This document shows, piece after piece, positions 1 to 8,914 of a stretch of 20,000 bases of DNA (position 1 is the stretch's first letter; the number at the start of each line of letters is the position of its first letter). The stretch is from an uncultured virus (IMG/VR IMGVR_UViG_3300024272_005753). Its lineage: Duplodnaviria; Heunggongvirae; Uroviricota; Caudoviricetes. The notes under the pieces are model-generated. The model was not told the origin of the DNA. It saw nothing but the letters and a program-made list of their open reading frames with translations, and did no database searches. The position numbers and the translations under genes are program-made. The stretch is from the IMG/VR virus record IMGVR_UViG_3300024272_005753; one strand, 5' to 3'.

Positions 1-617
1 TTTGTATGGGTTTTATGATGTGTATTATTTGGTGTCGTATGATTACAATATATGTTTGTATATATTTAATTTATGGGTCTGGTTATATTCATAGGACCTT
101 TGTAGATATATTTAACAAATTAAAATTAAACTTTGGGGTTAGATTAAAAAAGGCAAATCAACAAATTGTTGATACTACAATTTTTGTAGTATTAGCAGTT
201 TTATTGGCATTTAATATTTCTGATATTTCGTTTGAAAAGTCTGAGGAGAAAGCGAGCGTTTCTCCTACAATAATTAAAAATTACATTGAAGAAAACAATA
301 TTGATGTTACTAATAACATCATGTTGAATGATTATAATTTTGGGGGATATTTTATTTTTAATGGATACAAAGTATTTATGGATGGGCGAAATGACGTTTA
401 TCTAGATACTTTTGGAAGCCCAAATGTTCTTCCTGATTATTTTGATATTGATAACGTTGAAAAAAATATTGATGAATTATTAGACAAATATGATGTCAAA
501 TATTTTGCAATTTATACAGATTCTGACCTCCATAGTTATCTGGTAGACAATGGGATTGCAAAAGAATTGGTTTTTGATGAAAAATATGTGTTCTTAGAAA
601 AAATAAATAAATCCTAG
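1..617 (+). CDS. C-terminal part of a polytopic membrane protein, possibly GT-C glycosyltransferase-like (5' end probably outside window)
   Basis: Hydrophobic segments followed by NDYNFGGYFIF...KVFMDGRNDVY, resembling the YxxGGY...VFxDGRxxxY motif of membrane glycosyltransferase-like proteins; the frame is open to the window edge. Confidence 0.5.
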   Translation, partial: CMGFMMCIIWCRMITIYVCIYLIYGSGYIHRTFVDIFNKLKLNFGVRLKKANQQIVDTTIFVVLAVLLAFNISDISFEKSEEKASVSPTIIKNYIEENNIDVTNNIMLNDYNFGGYFIFNGYKVFMDGRNDVYLDTFGSPNVLPDYFDIDNVEKNIDELLDKYDVKYFAIYTDSDLHSYLVDNGIAKELVFDEKYVFLEKINKS

Positions 618-646
618 ATTATATTTTAAAAAGGAGCTGTTTTAAA

Positions 647-2479
647 ATGATGAAAAAGAGTTTTTCTATTCTTTTGACGTTATTGTTATGTTTTAGTATG
701 CTTGCTGGTTGTGGAGGAAATAAAGATATAAAGACTCCTAACGTTCCAGAATCATCTGATATTGGGAACCAACAGCAAGAAAACATTGAGAAAATTGAGA
801 ATGTTTTAGAAATTGATGGGATTAAAATTGAATTATCTGATACTGAGGTATTAGTTGATGGCGTAATTGCATCCACTGATAATACTCAAGCTGTTTATGT
901 CGCTAATGACATAGTTTATTATGAAGAAGGCAAGGATTTCACTTATGGTGAAGGCACCGAATCTGATGCACATAGCAAGGAAGATGCGGATAAGCATACA
1001 GTAGTTCATATTACTAAGCCTGGTAATTATGTTTTGAGTGGTAAAATTTTAGCTGGACAGGTTGCTGTTGATTTAGGTGAAGAGGCAAAAACGGATGCCA
1101 ATGCAGTAGTTACGCTCTATTTAAATGGAGTTGATATTACAAATACTGTTGCTCCTGGTATTATTTTTTATAACGTATATGAATGTTATCCTGATGCTAC
1201 TGAGGAAACAGCCACTAAGGATGTGGATACCTCTGCTGCAGGTGCTAATGTTGTAATTGTTGATGATACTACAAATACAGTAAGTGGCTCTTATGTTGCC
1301 CGTATTTATAAGGAAGACTCTGTGGTTTTGAGCGAAGATGGTAAATCGGTTGAAGATGCTAAGAAACTTCATAAGTATGATGCTGCTTTCTATTCTAAAA
1401 TGACTATGAATGTAACTGGTGGAGATAAAGGAACTGGTATTCTTAATATTCAGGCAGAAAATGAAGGGCTTGATAGCGAACTTCATTTAACTATTAATGG
1501 CGGTATTATCAATATTGAATCTGGTAATGATGGTATTAATACAAACGAAGATTATGTTTCTGTTACTACTATCAATGGTGGTACTGTTAATATTTTGGTT
1601 GATGGTTCTACTGGCGAAGGTGATGGTATCGACTCTAACGGTTGGTTAGTTATTAATGGTGGTACTGTTATTGCTCAGGCTTGTAGTATTAGTGGTGATG
1701 CTGGTATCGATTCTGATATGGGAATTCATATTAATGGTGGTAAAGTGTTTGCTACTGGTAATATGCTTGACCATATTTCTGAAAGCGAAGAAACATTTGC
1801 TGTATTTAATTTTTCAGAATCTCAAGATTCTGGAGTTTATACATTAAAGAATTCTAACGGTGTTATTGTCACTGAGCAAGAAATAATGAATAACTTTATG
1901 TATTTAATTATTGCTGGTGACCTTGCTGCTGGTGAATATACACTTTGGAAAGAAGATGTTCAATTTGCTGGTGCATTTGTTGAAGGTATGAGCGGTATGG
2001 GCCGTCCTGGTATGGGCGGTGGAATGAGACTTAAAGGAGAAATTCCAGAAGGTTTTAACCCAGAAACAATGAAGCCTATGAATCCTCCCGAGGGTGGTTT
2101 TATTCCTGAAGGTGGCGAACGTCCTGCTGATGGGGATGTTCGTATTCCAGAGTTTCCTGTTGGTGGTATGCCTGGTGAGAAAGTTGAAATTCCTACTGTT
2201 CCTAGCGAAATCGGGAACAATTGGAGAGTTGATAATGTAGAAGTTGGGATAACTGGTGGCAGTGCTATTACTATGGAACGTCCTGAGAAACCTGATAGAG
2301 AGAATATGACTCCTCCTGAAGGTGGCTTCCAAGGAAGTGGTGCTGGATTTGAAGGGCCTCATAGACCTGGTTCTGGTAGTGGATGGGGTGCTGGTTCTTC
2401 TGAAGTTTCCACAACTTTTAATATTGTAGATGGCGCGAACTACTTTGTTTCTGTACAGAAATCTGTAGCTGTAGATTAA
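647..2479 (+). CDS. Lipoprotein with Cthe_2159-type (DUF4353) carbohydrate-binding beta-helix domain and Gly/Pro/Met-rich C-terminal tail
   Basis: RBS AAGGAG; signal peptide with lipobox LAGC; VHITKPGNYVLSG, LYLNGVDIT and repeated INGGxxxI / DGIDSNG / GIDSD beta-helix motifs typical of PF14262. Confidence 0.8.
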   Translation: MMKKSFSILLTLLLCFSMLAGCGGNKDIKTPNVPESSDIGNQQQENIEKIENVLEIDGIKIELSDTEVLVDGVIASTDNTQAVYVANDIVYYEEGKDFTYGEGTESDAHSKEDADKHTVVHITKPGNYVLSGKILAGQVAVDLGEEAKTDANAVVTLYLNGVDITNTVAPGIIFYNVYECYPDATEETATKDVDTSAAGANVVIVDDTTNTVSGSYVARIYKEDSVVLSEDGKSVEDAKKLHKYDAAFYSKMTMNVTGGDKGTGILNIQAENEGLDSELHLTINGGIINIESGNDGINTNEDYVSVTTINGGTVNILVDGSTGEGDGIDSNGWLVINGGTVIAQACSISGDAGIDSDMGIHINGGKVFATGNMLDHISESEETFAVFNFSESQDSGVYTLKNSNGVIVTEQEIMNNFMYLIIAGDLAAGEYTLWKEDVQFAGAFVEGMSGMGRPGMGGGMRLKGEIPEGFNPETMKPMNPPEGGFIPEGGERPADGDVRIPEFPVGGMPGEKVEIPTVPSEIGNNWRVDNVEVGITGGSAITMERPEKPDRENMTPPEGGFQGSGAGFEGPHRPGSGSGWGAGSSEVSTTFNIVDGANYFVSVQKSVAVD

Positions 2480-2484
2480 TAATT

Positions 2485-2520
2485 AATCTCTACCTGGAAA
2501 CCAGGTAGAGATTCTTTTTT
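2485..2520 (+). terminator. Intrinsic terminator
   Basis: AATCTCTACCTGG-AAA-CCAGGTAGAGATT 13-bp stem followed by a T run, just after the stop at 2479. Confidence 0.85.
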
Positions 2521-2530
2521 GTTTTTTAAA

Positions 2531-2770
2531 ATAAAAAACAAATATAAATTATTGTTTTCTGCTGGTTAACAGCTCGCCGTGCACGCAGGGGTCCCCTGCA
2601 AACTAATTGCTGCTACAATAATAAATATATTTATAGTATTTAGTTTTCTTGTAGCAGCTCAGCATCTGAAGACTTCCTGGGTCCCTGTTGTGTGTATATT
2701 ATTAGAATATTTTTTATATAAAAAATATTCTTTTTTGGACGGCTTGGCTGCGGCTGGTTTTCGTGCTGCG
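2531..2770. repeat. Modular intergenic repeat element, copy A
   Basis: Alternating AT-rich and GC-rich blocks; GCAGGGGTCCCCTGC hairpin; GCTGCTACAA/TTGTAGCAGC inverted repeat (2609-2658); 28-bp perfect palindrome 2704-2731, whose core recurs at 8915-8938; CTGGGTCCCTG recurs near 3929. Confidence 0.65.
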
Positions 2771-2796
2771 TTTATAATTGTTTTCTTCTTGAATGC

Positions 2797-2825
2797 TTGT
2801 CAGAGTGTATTTTTTATGTTATAAT
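2797..2825 (+). promoter_or_regulatory. Sigma-A promoter with extended -10
   Basis: TTGTCA-17 nt-TATAAT with TG at -15/-14. Confidence 0.75.
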
Positions 2826-2859
2826 ATATAAAAATAGCAAATATCCCGAGGTGAAAATT

Positions 2860-3387
2860 ATGAAAATTATATTTTTGGACGTTGATGGTGAATTAACATA
2901 TTCTGATTATCACAACGCTGAGACATCAGAAATTGATGTTGAAAAAGTTAAACTCTTAAAAGAAATTTGTGATAGAACTAGTGCAAAAGTTGTAATTAGT
3001 TCTAGCTGGAGAGGAAATGAAGATTATACTCCTAGAATTTATCATATTCTTAGAAAGATTTTAGCGGATTATGACGTTGATGTTATTGGCGATTGTCCAT
3101 ATATTGACGTATGTTTTGTAAAAAATGAAGTTACAGAGAAAAATTATTTTGATACTGCCAATATAGATAAATATATTGTAGAGCATGGTACTGGACGAGC
3201 TGCGGAAGTTGAACAGTGGTTAAAAGAGCATCCTGAGACTGAATCCTATGTTATTCTTGATGATGAAGACCATGATTGGAAAGATTATGGGATGGAAAAG
3301 AATTGGGTTCGTCCGACTTGGTTTGGAGATGGTGGGTTGAAAAGAGAACATGTTGAAGCTGCAGTAAAGATTTTGAATAATATTTAA
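2860..3387 (+). CDS. HAD-superfamily phosphatase (HAD_SAK_2 / Swiss-Army-knife RNA-repair-like)
   Basis: MKIIFLDVDG motif I, VVISSSWR motif II, YVILDD motif IV; RBS GAGGTG before ATG 2860, so the true start is downstream of the track's 2797. Confidence 0.8.
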   Translation: MKIIFLDVDGELTYSDYHNAETSEIDVEKVKLLKEICDRTSAKVVISSSWRGNEDYTPRIYHILRKILADYDVDVIGDCPYIDVCFVKNEVTEKNYFDTANIDKYIVEHGTGRAAEVEQWLKEHPETESYVILDDEDHDWKDYGMEKNWVRPTWFGDGGLKREHVEAAVKILNNI

Positions 3388-3390
3388 GTT

Positions 3391-3420
3391 AAAAGCAACC
3401 AAATTTTTGGTTGCTTTTGT
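3391..3420 (+). terminator. Intrinsic terminator
   Basis: AAAAGCAACCAAA-TT-TTTGGTTGCTTTT inverted repeat after the stop at 3387. Confidence 0.75.
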
Positions 3421-3432
3421 TTATTTTCACTA

Positions 3433-3461
3433 TTGACATTGGTTTTTAAATATGTTATTAT
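3433..3461 (+). promoter_or_regulatory. Sigma-A promoter driving an ORF-less region
   Basis: TTGACA-17 nt-TATTAT with TG extension. Confidence 0.8.
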
Positions 3462-3467
3462 AAACAT

Positions 3468-3756
3468 GTAAGGTACAAACTAATTAATACAAATATAAAA
3501 AGCCTTACGAAATAAGATGGATGATAATACTTTACAAACTAACTAATAATAAAATAGGTATTATTATGAAATCTAGGATGGCAGAGGACTGCCAATAGAT
3601 AATTGGCTTTACCGAACGATTCCGCCGCAAATGTTTAGGGATTGATTCTGGTCCGTTGTGGAGCTTTGAACTCTACATAAATACAGAAACTTATTATTAA
3701 ATTATATTAAACTTATGGAAGATACCACTGCCAAAGGCCACGGCGGTGGTATTTTT
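3468..3756 (+). ncRNA. Candidate structured ncRNA (~290 nt)
   Basis: Bounded by the promoter at 3433-3461 and the terminator at 3722-3756; no ORF >45 aa; several hairpins, two of which have loops sharing TACAAACTAAYTAATA. Confidence 0.5.
3722..3756 (+). terminator. Intrinsic terminator
   Basis: ATACCACTGCC...GGCGGTGGTAT stem followed by TTTT. Confidence 0.75.
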
Positions 3757-3772
3757 CTATTTTAAAATAGAT

Positions 3773-3942
3773 ACCATTTTCCTGGGTCCAGGAAAATGGT
3801 TAGAAATAAAATAATAAACATATTTCGAATATTTTGTTCGCAGGGGTTCTTCAGCTCAATCCTGCACGCAGCGGAGACTAAAAGAGAATAATAAAAATAT
3901 ATAAATTATTGTTTTGTAAAGCAATTATCTGGGTCCCTGGAA
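3773..3942. repeat. Modular intergenic repeat element, copy B
   Basis: 13-bp-arm palindrome 3773-3800; about 85 nt (3828-3910) align with 8933-9014, including an identical 26-mer AGAATAATAAAAATATATAAATTATT. Confidence 0.7.
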
Positions 3943-3962
3943 CAAATAATTTGTGATTATGT

Positions 3963-3991
3963 TTGACTTTTATAAGAAAATATGTTATAAT
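3963..3991 (+). promoter_or_regulatory. Sigma-A promoter
   Basis: TTGACT-17 nt-TATAAT with ATATGT extension. Confidence 0.85.
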
Positions 3992-4030
3992 ATAAGCAAT
4001 AGATTAACATGTTGAAAGGAAATTGAGAAT

Positions 4031-4639
4031 ATGTGGGAAATGAAAGATTCCAATAAAGACCCTCGTGAGTTTAGTGCTAGATATAGTAATAATAAGCGCT
4101 GTGGGCTCTGTAAGACGTTTTTTAGACCTAATGAGAAGTTCTATATTATTGTTATTCCCAGCGCCCTGAGAGGCTCTCACGCCCGTTTAAAAGAGAATAT
4201 GTTTGTTCATGTTGATGAATGGGAAGAGATTTGTACTGGTGTAACTACAGACGAAGAGCTTGCAGCAAAAATTATTGCCGCCAAGTTTCCCAAGAGAAAC
4301 GAACTAACACAGGATGAGAGCGACCATTTGGAAGCTTTTAAAGAAGCGTGTACGGCGCACGGTTTCCGAATGGAAGTTTCTAAGCCTTATGGGGTTCGAA
4401 TGAAAAAGCGTGGCACATCCATGTATTTGGATTATAATGTATATATGGATACTATTAGTTTTGACCATCGTGGACAGCATGGTTTGTTTGATAGTTTTTA
4501 TGAAAGACAGATTATCGCTAATATTTATAATAAAATGCATGAGCTGCTTTCTGATGGCAAACATGACGATTACGATTATAAAGATAGTATCAATAAAGTT
4601 GCTGCTGAAGTCGGCAAGACTATGAATGAAATTTTCTAA
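4031..4639 (+). CDS. Hypothetical protein (N-terminal CxxC, possible Zn site)
   Basis: 202-aa ORF with RBS AAGGA, upstream promoter and downstream hairpin at about 4647-4675; CGLC ... H. Confidence 0.7.
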   Translation: MWEMKDSNKDPREFSARYSNNKRCGLCKTFFRPNEKFYIIVIPSALRGSHARLKENMFVHVDEWEEICTGVTTDEELAAKIIAAKFPKRNELTQDESDHLEAFKEACTAHGFRMEVSKPYGVRMKKRGTSMYLDYNVYMDTISFDHRGQHGLFDSFYERQIIANIYNKMHELLSDGKHDDYDYKDSINKVAAEVGKTMNEIF

Positions 4640-4698
4640 ATCAACCAAGGCCATATATTTTGTATGGCCTTTTTCTCTAAAATACGGAGGTAAAAAAT

Positions 4699-5850
4699 AT
4701 GATTAAAACTTTTGCGAAAAATGGTATATATGGATTCATGTCTGACAATTTTAAGATTGAATTCTCTGAACCAAGAATTCAAGGATTTGATGACTATGCC
4801 TATCTAAAGAGTGAAAGTGGTATTATGTATTACTATTACGGTGTAGATGGGTATATTAAAGATGGTCGAAAGTGGAAGAAAGCTTTCGCCGCTGGGGCTT
4901 ATGATTTCCCTGGAATTCTTGGGTTTAAGGGTATGTTGGAAGCTTTTTATCTTGATAAGATTGGTATTGGTAAGTATCAGAAAGACGTTAATGAAAAGAT
5001 TCCTAGTCGTATCTGGTATACTTACGAAACCAATAGTGGTACTTTCGTAGAAGATTTTTATTCTATTGTTCATGAGTTTGTTATCGAGGATAAACAGGAA
5101 ATTTCTAATAGTTATTCTCTCACCGTTGGTAAAGCTCTTGATTATGGTGGAAGCGAAATTAATGGCCTTACTTTTAGACATTTGAAGGCAGAAGACATTG
5201 AGAAGATTTATGAATGTGTTTGTGAATTTATTGAGTATAGTATTGAAATTCACAACAAAAGAACAAAAGAGTATATTCTTGATGGGCTTCGCTCCTGGCT
5301 GTGTATCGATGGTAAGGTTTACGAAATGAATAAGGATGGAATGTCCGTTGAATGTATTTATCCTGTTGGCATTTTAATGGATGATGCCACAATTCTTGTG
5401 GGGGATATTAATTCTAAGGATTATTGTTCTAAGACCTTTAACAATTTCACTATTGAAAAGGTTGAGGACGATGGAATTATCATTAATGGTGGATATGAAG
5501 AAGCTCGTAGAGGTGAAATTCGCCATATTAATGAACCTGAAAAGATTTTGTTTTCTACTTTAATTCGTATGTTTGAGGATATGCCTAAAGAACGTTTAGC
5601 ATATAATGAAGAAGAGATTCAAAAGGACTTCATGTCTTTGCTTTCCGATTTTGAGAAGAATGAATTCAGGGGAGAAGATGCAGATTTCCTTTTTGATAAG
5701 TATAAGAGTGCAATTATGGATAGAACTTGGATGTGCCGTAGCGAACATAATCTTCCTAAGAGAATTAAAGATACTGGTCATCACGAAAATGTTTATGCGT
5801 CTATTCGGGTGATTATTGAAAATATTAAGAAGGAGTTAAGCGCGGAATAA
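4699..5850 (+). CDS. Hypothetical protein
   Basis: 383-aa ORF with RBS GGAGGT; no recognisable motif; hairpin TTAAGCGCGG/CCGCGCTTAA overlaps the stop. Confidence 0.75.
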   Translation: MIKTFAKNGIYGFMSDNFKIEFSEPRIQGFDDYAYLKSESGIMYYYYGVDGYIKDGRKWKKAFAAGAYDFPGILGFKGMLEAFYLDKIGIGKYQKDVNEKIPSRIWYTYETNSGTFVEDFYSIVHEFVIEDKQEISNSYSLTVGKALDYGGSEINGLTFRHLKAEDIEKIYECVCEFIEYSIEIHNKRTKEYILDGLRSWLCIDGKVYEMNKDGMSVECIYPVGILMDDATILVGDINSKDYCSKTFNNFTIEKVEDDGIIINGGYEEARRGEIRHINEPEKILFSTLIRMFEDMPKERLAYNEEEIQKDFMSLLSDFEKNEFRGEDADFLFDKYKSAIMDRTWMCRSEHNLPKRIKDTGHHENVYASIRVIIENIKKELSAE

Positions 5851-5883
5851 TCCCGCGCTTAATTTTTAGAAAGGAGAAAAAAT

Positions 5884-6351
5884 ATGAATAAAGAATTTAA
5901 TAGATATAACTTATATTGTGAATGTGCAAGAGAAGCTATAAAGTTTCAGGGGTTAGGGGATGATATAGATGAAGATGTATTGAATTTTACATTTGATGCG
6001 CTAACGCATGAAACAGATTTAGATTGGGTTGATATTAAAACAGACGATGGAGAGTTAATTGGTTTTTTAGTTGTTTCTAGAAGTCCTGAATTATTTCCTG
6101 GTATAGAATATGATGTAGATTGTATGTATATACTTCCTGATTATCGTAGACAGGGATATATGTCTAGGATGATTAAAAAATACTTGGAAGATAATCCTGG
6201 AACTTATTCTTATAGTGTTTTAGTTGGGAATGATATATCTTTTAGTTTTTGGGATAAGATAATTCATGATAACAATTGTGTTCCTATTGGATTAAAGAAT
6301 CCATACATATACAAAGAATATGTATTTGGTGCGTTCAAAAAGGAGGTATAA
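5884..6351 (+). CDS. GNAT-family N-acetyltransferase
   Basis: LIGFLVV strand and MYILPDYRRQGY acetyl-CoA-binding motif A, N...SFW motif B; RBS AAGGAG. Confidence 0.8.
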   Translation: MNKEFNRYNLYCECAREAIKFQGLGDDIDEDVLNFTFDALTHETDLDWVDIKTDDGELIGFLVVSRSPELFPGIEYDVDCMYILPDYRRQGYMSRMIKKYLEDNPGTYSYSVLVGNDISFSFWDKIIHDNNCVPIGLKNPYIYKEYVFGAFKKEV

Positions 6352-6353
6352 AC

Positions 6354-6500
6354 ATGGATAAATTTCAAACAATTAGACCAATTGTTCTTGGTCTTGTAAT
6401 TCGTGATGGCAAAGTTCTTGTCAGAGAAGGTTACGACACAAAGAAAAATCAAACTTTCTATCGTGCACTTGGTGGGGGTATTGAATTTGATGAAAAATAA
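6354..6500 (+). pseudogene. Truncated Nudix hydrolase (48 aa)
   Basis: RBS AGGAGG; IRPIVLGLVIRDGKVLV...FYRALGGGIEFDEK* stops right after the G-x5-E start of the Nudix box. Confidence 0.7.
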
Positions 6501-7185
6501 AAGATATTTTCTATATAATTATCGAGAATTTGTTCCTGAAATGTCTTATTATTTTTTCAGGCCTTCCAGAAAGGAAACCCGTAAGAGACCTTTAATTATT
6601 TGGTTGCATGGTTCAGGGGAGGTTGCTGTTGGAAGAGAAGCATTTCTTTCTGCGGGGCTTCCTGATGTTCTAAATAATTGGACGTTAAAGCCTTTTAGTG
6701 CATATATTCTTTGTCCTCAGTTAATGGTTGAAGACGATATTTGGGCAAAAGAAGAAAATGTAGAAAATCTTATGAGGCTTATCAATCATGTGATTGTTCT
6801 TAATGAAGATAAAATCGATAGGAACAGAATTATTCTCGCTGGTCATAGTTTGGGCGCTATGGGAGCCATGTATGTCGCTGAAAGAGTACATAAATATTTT
6901 GCTTGTATGTGCGTTTTAAGTGGATATGAATGTGGAGTAGATTTAAGCGAAATTGAGACTCCTGTTCTCGGTATTGTTGGAACGGAAGATGCTGGTGAAG
7001 ACCCAGAAAGTGTTCGTTTCATGAATTGGGATTTTTGTTTTGCTCTTGGTGACCACACTGTTTGTGATTTCGAAGCATCGCATGAAGATATTCCTAGAGT
7101 AGCATTCTTAGATGATGCTAATTTGGATGGACGTTCCGACCTTATTGAGTGGATGTACGCATATAAATTATCAGATAGGATGTAA
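6490..7185 (+). CDS. Alpha/beta hydrolase (esterase / predicted peptidase COG4099-like)
   Basis: PLIIWLHGSGE oxyanion motif, ILCPQ, IDRNRIILAGHSLGAMG nucleophile elbow, C-terminal His; likely ATG at 6490 after GGGGG. Confidence 0.8.
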   Translation: MKNKRYFLYNYREFVPEMSYYFFRPSRKETRKRPLIIWLHGSGEVAVGREAFLSAGLPDVLNNWTLKPFSAYILCPQLMVEDDIWAKEENVENLMRLINHVIVLNEDKIDRNRIILAGHSLGAMGAMYVAERVHKYFACMCVLSGYECGVDLSEIETPVLGIVGTEDAGEDPESVRFMNWDFCFALGDHTVCDFEASHEDIPRVAFLDDANLDGRSDLIEWMYAYKLSDRM

Positions 7186-7229
7186 AATCCAATACAATTT
7201 GTAAAATTTACCACTATTTCTAAAATCTC

Positions 7230-7258
7230 TTGAAAAAATTCTAAAAATATGTTATTAT
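7230..7258 (+). promoter_or_regulatory. Sigma-A promoter
   Basis: TTGAAA-17 nt-TATTAT with ATATGT extension. Confidence 0.75.
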
Positions 7259-7288
7259 ATTAACAGAAATAAGGAAGGAGATTTTAAT

Positions 7289-7771
7289 ATGAAAATTAAG
7301 GATTATAATGCAGCTATCCTGTGTGAAGAATATGAAACGGCTTTATCTGGTAGTGAATGTTTTTTCCCTGGCACTAATTTAACTATGAAAATTCGACTAG
7401 GCCAGGAGCCCGTTGAAGATTATAATAAGCGAAGAGATGCTTGTCTTGAAGCAATGAGAAAGGGCGCTATCATTTTTAAAATTGAAGACCGTAAAGATAT
7501 GTATTTCATTGACCTATATCGAGATGGTAAGGTCGTGAAAACAATCAATGGTCGTGCTTTTAATCAGGGTAGTGCTTCTGATATTAATCGTACTTTCACA
7601 TCTTTCAAATATAACAAGAAGAGTGGTAAATTTTACCTAAAAGCAGAGATGGAATTTCGAAGCTATTATTTGAATGGCGGGGGTTCTTACACTTCTTCTA
7701 AAACTCATTGGTTTGAAGGGGATATTAAGAAAATTCTTCGTTTTGTAAGGGAGGAGAAAGCATATGCGTGA
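7289..7771 (+). CDS. Hypothetical protein
   Basis: 160-aa ORF with RBS AAGGAG, first gene after the promoter; overlaps the next gene by 8 nt. Confidence 0.7.
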   Translation: MKIKDYNAAILCEEYETALSGSECFFPGTNLTMKIRLGQEPVEDYNKRRDACLEAMRKGAIIFKIEDRKDMYFIDLYRDGKVVKTINGRAFNQGSASDINRTFTSFKYNKKSGKFYLKAEMEFRSYYLNGGGSYTSSKTHWFEGDIKKILRFVREEKAYA

Positions 7772-8420
7772 ATTTAAACTTATAAGAGACCCGAATGACT
7801 GTGGGAATCTTTATTATAGAACGAGTGCTACATTTGAGCCTGGAGTAACAGTTCTGGTTGGTTGTAATGGCTGTGGTAAAACATCTCTTATTCAACAGAT
7901 TAAACGACAGCTAGAAAAGGAAGACATTCCTTTTGTTCATTATGATAATCTCCATCATGGTGGTTCTAATGCCCGCCAAAAGGCTGGGTTTTATGGAGAT
8001 GTAGAGTTTATGGCTACATCTATGTGTTCCAGTGAAGGTGAAAATATAGTGCTTAATATGGGGAATGTGGCCCGTGAAATGGGTTCTGTTTCTCGTAAAT
8101 ATCCTGAGGCTAAAGAAATTTGGTTCTTGCTGGATGCTGTGGATAGTGGTCTTTCTATTGATAATATTGTTGATATTAAGGAATACTTGATTAAGACTGT
8201 ATTTGAGCATAATAAAGGCAAAGATATATACTTTATTATTTCTTGTAATGAATACGAAATGGCCCGTGGAGAGAAATGTTTCGATACCTGGCTATGTAAG
8301 TATATAGATATTAAGTCTTATGAAGAATATCGTGAGTTTATTCTTAAGTCGCGTGAGCGTAAAGACAAGCGAGAAGCTACATGGGATAAGATTAGAAGTA
8401 GAGGAAGGAGGAGAGGGTAA
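7764..8420 (+). CDS. Small ABC-type/AAA ATPase-like protein
   Basis: Walker A GCNGCGKT preceded by PGVTVLV; signature-like SSEGE; Walker B/D-loop FLLDAVDSGLS; RBS GGAGG. Confidence 0.75.
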   Translation: MREFKLIRDPNDCGNLYYRTSATFEPGVTVLVGCNGCGKTSLIQQIKRQLEKEDIPFVHYDNLHHGGSNARQKAGFYGDVEFMATSMCSSEGENIVLNMGNVAREMGSVSRKYPEAKEIWFLLDAVDSGLSIDNIVDIKEYLIKTVFEHNKGKDIYFIISCNEYEMARGEKCFDTWLCKYIDIKSYEEYREFILKSRERKDKREATWDKIRSRGRRRG

Positions 8421-8617
8421 TGGATATTAAGAAGACTGCGACCATAACTCTTAATGAAACTGAAATTCGTAAGATTATTGCTGAACACTTGAGTAAAACT
8501 ACTGAATATAAGGTTAAACTTGAAGAAGTTCATTTCAATCTTGGAAATGAGCCCAGCGAATTTGGTGGTCAGCCTACTCCTTATATTAAGAATTGCGAAA
8601 TCAATACTAAAATTTAA
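8420..8617 (+). CDS. Small hypothetical protein
   Basis: 65 aa; TAATG stop/start overlap with the ATPase gene; followed by a terminator. Confidence 0.7.
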   Translation: MDIKKTATITLNETEIRKIIAEHLSKTTEYKVKLEEVHFNLGNEPSEFGGQPTPYIKNCEINTKI

Positions 8618-8622
8618 AGTTT

Positions 8623-8657
8623 AAGAGCACCTCAAAAGAGGTGCTCTTCTTATTTTT
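8623..8657 (+). terminator. Intrinsic terminator
   Basis: AAGAGCACCTC-AAAA-GAGGTGCTCTT followed by a T-rich tract. Confidence 0.8.
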
Positions 8658-8914
8658 AGCTATTAATTAATTTATTTTTTTGTTTTTGCGCGTAAATAAA
8701 AATAGTGTAAAATTAGTGAAAAATTAGTGTTTTTTATATTTTAAATATTTTTTTGAGGGAATTATAAAATTTGCAACTTTTTGATGCTAAAAACGCTTTA
8801 AAATGGCTGTTTTTAGCATTTTTTAACTTTAGACTATTTTTTATATTTTTTTATAGGTGCTTTTTTTATTTATGGGATTCAATAAAAATATAAACAACTG
8901 GAAACTTAATTTTA

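Noticed and set aside
619..2362. Antisense and alternate-frame ORFs overlapping the Cthe_2159-type gene (and similar ones over other genes, e.g. 4304-4654, 4804-5253, 6843-7214, 16998-17429, 18550-18906)
   Set aside because: Shadow ORFs of well-supported genes, with no RBS or recognisable motifs.
1985..2400. Gly/Pro/Met-rich repeats (PPEGGF twice) in the lipoprotein tail
   Set aside because: Low-complexity tails are common in Cthe_2159-family proteins; not a separate element.
2531..2770. Possible CRISPR array (AT-rich repeats separated by ~40-nt GC-rich spacers)
   Set aside because: Repeats are too degenerate, the apparent spacers share motifs with one another, and no cas genes are present.
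2579..2824. 81-aa hydrophobic ORF
   Set aside because: No RBS; made of repeat modules and promoter sequence; its hydrophobicity reflects T-rich DNA.
3566..3700. ATG-started frame MKSRMAEDCQ*IIGF...CLGIDSGP...YY* with one in-frame TAG, hinting at TAG recoding or an IscB RuvC-I-like remnant (LGIDSG)
   Set aside because: Long genes in the window are intact under the standard code and TAG appears to end ORFs at 617 and 12708; a 6-residue match without flanking similarity is expected by chance.
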